Source: Octopus sinensis (taxonomy: Eukaryota). Taken from it: a stretch of DNA of 24,891 nt. The translations under genes were made by a program, and so were the position numbers. The notes beneath the pieces were generated by a model that did no database searches, was not told where the DNA came from, and saw nothing but the letters and a program-made list of their open reading frames with translations. Each line of letters opens with the position of its first letter. The first letter of the stretch is position 1. Shown piece by piece: positions 19,951-24,891 of this stretch. The stretch spans positions 1 to 24,891 of the forward strand of contig NW_021836319.1 of the NCBI RefSeq assembly GCF_006345805.1, given 5' to 3'.

Positions 19951-20260
19951 GGCTTGACTGGCTTCCGTGCCGGTGGCACATAAAAAGCACCAACTGATTG
20001 TGGCACGTAAAAAGCACCATCCATACTTGGTCGATGCCAGCGCCACCTTGACTGGCTTCCATGCCGGTGGCACGTAAAAAGCACCTACTACACTCTCAGA
20101 GTGGATGGCATTAGGAAGGGCGTCCAGCTGTAGAAACACTGCCAGATCAGACTGGAGCCTGGTGCAGCCTCCTGGCTTCCCAGACCCTGGTCAAACCGTC
20201 CAACCCATGCTAGCATGGAAAACGGACGTTAAACGATGATGATGATGATGATGATGATGA
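19951..20260 (+). mobile_element. RTE-like LINE 3'UTR / tail repeat
   Basis: Ends GGAAAACGGACGTTAAAC(GAT)n; reverse complement of 10781-11098. Confidence 0.82.
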
Positions 20261-20323
20261 TATGCAGGATTTTTTTCTGCCATTCTCACCCACCACTTTT
20301 TTTGGTTTCCTTTCTTTTGCCTG

Positions 20324-20377
20324 TTTGGTCTGGTGGAAAAGATTGGGACCATGGCTTTCACAGGTGCTCTGAGAGGG
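20324..20377 (+). pseudogene. Duplicate of the 54-nt exon with mutated acceptor (pseudoexon)
   Basis: 3 differences from 18732-18785; acceptor CAG is CTG here; donor GTAAGC retained. Confidence 0.6.
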
Positions 20378-20389
20378 GTAAGCTTCAAA

Positions 20390-20925
20390 GTGATGAAGTG
20401 ATGATAAGATTAATGTTCACAAAGATGAAAATGGAAATGATATTGATGGTGATGATGCTGGTAATGATGGTGATAATGATGACAAAAATGGTGGTGGTGG
20501 TGGTGGTGGTGGTAGCGGTAGCAGTGGTAGCAGTAGTGGTGGTGGCAGCAGCAGTGTTGGTATTGGTGGTGATGGTGGTGGTAGTGGTGGTGGTGGTGGA
20601 AATGGTGTTGGTGGTGGTGATGGTGGTGGGGGTGATGGTGGTGATGGTGATGGTGATGGTGATGATGATGATAACAATGATGACGACGATGATGACAATG
20701 GCGATGATGTTCATCACGAAGGGGTTGATGGTGATGCTGCTGATAGTGGTGTTGGTGGTGGTGGTGGTCGTCGTCGTGGTGGTGGTGGTCGTGGAGTCGA
20801 TAACGCGGAGGGAAACAAAGACGATCACGGTAATTAAGAAGAAGATGATAATATGAAATTAACAACCACAATAATAATAATGTGGAGGAGACTGATGATA
20901 ATGATAATGATGATGATGATAATGT
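20390..20925. repeat. (GGT/GAT/GAC)n trinucleotide mosaic
   Basis: Seen directly. Confidence 0.9.
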
Positions 20926-21074
20926 GGGGAAGGAGGGGGTGATAGATTGGAGGAGGAAAAAAGAGCTTGAAGGAGAGGATGGAAAGGAGTGGGGTGCAGC
21001 AAACAGAGGAGGAGCAGGGGGGAGGGAAAGGAGGCATTTGTTTGTGTTCATCTATGTCTGCAATTAAATACACT

Positions 21075-21522
21075 CACGCGCACACACACACACACACACA
21101 TACACACACACACATACACACGTACACATGCATACTCTCTCTCTTTCTCTCTCTCTCTCTTTGTCTTTCCATCACCTTTTCCCTCTCCTTCGAATACTCT
21201 CTCACACACACAATCACACGCAAATGTAAACATTTTTTTTACATTTTCCACACAAACACACACAAACACACACACACACACACATACACACACCACACGT
21301 ACACATGCATACCTCTCTCTTTCTCTCTCTCTCTCTTTCTCTTTCATCACCTTTTCCCTCTCCTTCGAATACTCTCTCAGACACACCACACGCAAATGCC
21401 AACATTTTTTTTACATTTTCCACACACACACACACACAAACACCACACACACAAACACACACACACACACACAAACACAACACACACACCACACACACAA
21501 AACACACAAACACCACACACAA

Positions 21523-21592
<70 letters not shown>

Positions 21593-21660
21593 CAAACACA
21601 CACGAACACACACACACAAACACACAAACACACACACACACACACACACATGCAAACACA
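21075..21660. repeat. (CA)n/(CT)n composite with a ~177-bp tandem duplication
   Basis: CACGTACACATGCATAC at 21119 and 21296, each followed by the same catcaccttttccctctccttcgaatactc block. Confidence 0.85.
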
Positions 21661-22029
21661 TACAGTCACAAACACTCACACAATTTCATCTTCTTCTGTT
21701 AAGTAATCTATTAAATTAGGATTGTTGCTGTCGTTATGTATTTTTTTTTTGTTCCCTTTCATTAATTTTATATTCTTTTTCGTTTCTCTTCTTAACATCA
21801 TCCAGTCAGTAGCTAAATAAATGTTCCAGGATTTTTGTTCTACAAAGAAAAGAAACACAAACAACAACAAAAGCATACACGCGTGCGTGTACACACACAC
21901 ACACACACACACACACATGCATGCACATGGAAGAACCGTTTCTCAAAGAACATCTATCGGAACAGCTGAAAAAATATTTTTTAAAGGAACCTTGTATATC
22001 AGAGCTCTTACTTAAGTACATTTAAATAT

Positions 22030-22373
22030 GCAAATATTATTGTAATGTCCAGTAGCCTGATCTGCAGGAATTGGCATCCTGACAGAGACCGTATTCTTGA
22101 TTAGTTATTAAAATAAGCTGTGTGTGGTGTGTGGTGGTGGTGGTGGTGGTGGTGGTGGTGGGGTGGGTAAGAATGGGGAATGGACGGGTGGGGTGGGGGT
22201 GTAGTGAGGTGGGGGGGGAGAAGATGGAAGGTCAGGTTAACTTTTTCGTGTTGTTTGAAATTCTTTAAATAGAATTTTCTTCTTCCCACCAATATTTTGA
22301 AGAATATTTCGTGTATCTGTTCCGTGAGTTATTAACTCCAGTCATGTGGATATCCTTGTAAAATAAGATAAAA
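22030..22373 (+). repeat. Local duplicated block, copy 2
   Basis: Direct repeat of 14880-15209. Confidence 0.9.
22273..22323 (+). CDS. Candidate 51-nt exon (copy 2)
   Basis: Identical to 15110-15160, including both splice sites. Confidence 0.45.
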
Positions 22374-22699
22374 ATATATGTGTTTGTGTGTGTTGTGTGT
22401 GTAGATATGTATATGAAGGTATAAATGTGCATGTGTGTATGTGCATGTTTGTATGTATGTATGTATGTATGCTTGTATGTATGCAGGCAGGTAAGTATGT
22501 ATGTGCATGTGGATGGTTGTATGACTGTATATATATATGTGTGTGTGTGTGTATGTGCACATGTATGGATGTTTGCCTGTATGTGTGTGTTTATGTATAT
22601 ACAAACATACATGCACACACACACATGTATATATGTACACACACACGTTTGTATGTATGTGTTTATCATGTGCATGTGTGTGTGAGCATATTTTTAATA

Positions 22700-23060
22700 G
22701 CTTAGTCAGATGTCCTCGTGATCTTGGTGGTACCTCTGGGATTTTGTGATGTTGATAACAGACAGCATTTAATTACCACATCTGTAAGATGACATTCACA
22801 GAGTTGGCTTGATGTCCTGAGTACCTTAAGCTTATGTTGATAGTTTAACTGGGATAACCTCATCCTCAACACGGTCAAAGGTTTTGCTATCATCAAAGAG
22901 CAATGACATTGTTTTTTTGATGAAGTTCTTAAGGGCATGGGACCACTGTAAAGTGATTGTTTTTTGATGAAGTTCTTAAGGGCATGGGACTACTGTAAAG
23001 TGATAGAGAGAGGTAGAACCTTGGTAGATCCAATATATTGGTTATCAAAGAGGTGCTCTC
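22700..23060 (-). mobile_element. Ancient CR1-clade RT fragment
   Basis: With frameshifts: LFDNQY(G).., QWSHALKNFIKKTMSLLFDDSKTFDRV (LDISKAFDRV-like) and EVPPRS (GVPQGS-like); 48/47-bp tandem duplication at 22908-23002. Confidence 0.55.
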
Positions 23061-23076
23061 ATTATTGCATTCTGAA

Positions 23077-23290
23077 AGGTAGTGAGCTGACTGAGCTGTT
23101 AACATGCTGGGTAAAATGGAATTTTGTCCATCTTTACATTGTGAGTTCAAATTCCACCGAGGTCAACTTTGCCTTTCTTTGTTTTGGGGTCAATGAAATA
23201 AGTGCTAATTGGACACTGAGGTTGATGTAATCAACTTAGCCCCTCCCCACAAAATTCCAAGCCTTGTGTCTAAAGTAGAAAGGATCATTG
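23077..23290 (+). mobile_element. SINE-B related copy, diverged
   Basis: ggtagtgagctg..gagttcaaattccaccgaggtcaactttgcc.. Confidence 0.75.
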
Positions 23291-23329
23291 CATACTGAAT
23301 ATATGTATCATATATGTACCGTTGCTGCA

Positions 23330-23505
23330 TAAAAGCACCCAATACACTCTGTAAAGTGGGTGTCGTGTTAGGAAGGGCATCTGGCTGTAGAAACCATGCC
23401 AAAACAGACAATTGGAACCTGAACAGCCCTTCAGCAGGTCAGCTCTTGTCAAACCGTCCAACTCATGCCAGCATAGAAAAACAGATGTTAAATGATGATG
23501 ATGAT
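23330..23505 (+). mobile_element. RTE-tail-type repeat
   Basis: ttaggaagggcatc..caaaccgtccaactcatgccagcat..(GAT)n. Confidence 0.7.
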
Positions 23506-23513
23506 AATAAAAA

Positions 23514-23735
23514 GGCGGCAAGCTGGCAGAAAGGTTAGCATGCCGGGCGAAATGCGTAGCCGTATTTTGTCTGCTGCTATGTTCTGAGTTCAAATTCCGC
23601 CGAGGTCAACTTTGCCTTTCATCCTCTCGAGGTTGATAAATTAAGTACTACTGGGGCCGATGTAATCGACTTAATCCGTTTGTCTGTCCTTGTTTGTCCC
23701 CTATATGTTTAGCCCCTTGTGGGTAGTAAAAAAAC
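23514..23735 (+). mobile_element. SINE-B, full length
   Basis: Matches 3615-3845. Confidence 0.88.
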
Positions 23736-24167
23736 AGATGATGATGATGATGATGATGATGATGTTGATGATGTTGATGACATGTGTGTGTGTGTTGATA
23801 CATTTGTGTAAAAGTGTGTGAGTATGAGCGTACATGTTTGTAAGTGTGTGCGTGCGTGTGTATGAGTATGTTTACACAACAGATTGAAAAGGAAATGTTT
23901 TTGTAAATGTTTTAAAGATCTTTCCTGTTATATTGATTTATTGTTTCCACAGGAATCTCCTCCTCTGTCTTTCTCTCTCCTTTTCACTCTCAGCTTTGCA
24001 CAGGAATTAACCATCTCCCTTTCTCTTTCCTCCTTCTCTCTTCCTCTTTTACACACACACACACACACACATTCTCATTCTCCTTCCTTATGCCTCTGAA
24101 ATTTTCTCCATCTTACACAATTCTTTGTTGAAAGAAAGGAAATGAATGAGAAATAAAGAGAACTCAA

Positions 24168-24330
24168 ACAGTCGTGGCTATGTGATCAAGAAGCCTGCTT
24201 CCTAATCATGTGATCTCAGGTTCAGTTCCCCTGTGTGGCATCTTGGGCAAGTATTTTCTACTAAAGTCCTGAACAGATCAAAGTCTTGTGAGTGAATTTG
24301 GTAGATGGAAACTAAAAGAAGACTATCTCA
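24168..24330 (+). mobile_element. SINE-A 5' half, diverged
   Basis: ..ggttcagttcccctgtgtggcatcttgggcaagt..gatggaaactaaaagaag.. Confidence 0.7.
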
Positions 24331-24439
24331 TGTATATACATATTGTACAATGCATAGATGCATATTGGTACAGATCAATGCCCGGTCATAGTGCTAGTGC
24401 ATGCATATACAGCTGCGTGTGCACATACATGTGAGTACT

Positions 24440-24730
24440 GTTCAAATATCTGACCAATCACATACAGCTAGCTGGCATTCAATTGATGTATCAAGTTTCG
24501 GGCATTTTGATTGGGTTTGGGATAGAAAATTCACAAAAAAAGTCACTTCTATTGATTTTTTTTAATGGCTTTGCGAGTTGACTGGGGAAATGTAAAGATG
24601 TGCACGACCACCCTTCGACGGTTTTAAATGACCATAGAAAGTGCAAGCCCTCTAACTGAAAAATTGTGGATTTGTATAAAGGATACACACACACACAGAC
24701 AGACATTTTGCTGTTTATATATAGAGAGAT
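24440..24730 (+). mobile_element. Possible Helitron/HINE (Lep1/DINE-1-like) 3' end
   Basis: (CA)n(CAGA)n followed by ..TTTATATATAGAGAGAT; judged on architecture only. Confidence 0.35.
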
Positions 24731-24891
24731 ACACTCTTCATGAAATAATTTCATTGAAAGGAAACCCTGGATTTCAGCCATATAGAACCCTGTATTATAT
24801 TCTCCATACTAGCTTACAATATGGTCTGTTAGCCGAGTTCTTAGAGGAGCTTACTGTGATAGATGAGTGATTCCAATGACTGAAACAAGTA

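Noticed and set aside
24725-24870. Protein-like frame RYTLHEIISLKGNPGFQPYRTL.. as an exon
   Set aside because: The apparent acceptor coincides with the end of a probable repeat, there is no clear donor, and no homology is recognised; unsupported rather than excluded.

Overview
AT-rich, microsatellite-dense eukaryotic DNA; the SINE families resemble octopus tRNA-derived retroposons, so an octopod cephalopod is likely (inferred from recall, not a database search). No prokaryotic genes, rRNA, intact tRNA or CRISPR array. Most of the window is nested mobile DNA: two abundant tRNA-headed SINE families (here SINE-A and SINE-B), CR1-, RTE- and R2-type LINE fragments, TIR elements (piggyBac-, hAT- and Merlin-like MITEs) and Penelope-like pieces. 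A few short + strand exon-like islands suggest an unidentified host gene; two are locally duplicated. Most ORFs in the supplied track are repeat artefacts. Best leads: (1) a 486-bp tRNA-headed element with a Penelope-type hammerhead tail, an inverted partial terminal repeat and a 10-bp TSD (12171-12656); (2) a frame-intact R2-like RT fragment outside rDNA abutting a CR1 tail; (3) a duplicated 51-nt exon with 82 identical bases; (4) a 114-bp higher-order repeat with an unannotated 497-codon Asp-rich antisense frame; (5) SINE/LINE and non-autonomous/autonomous partner pairs visible in the window.
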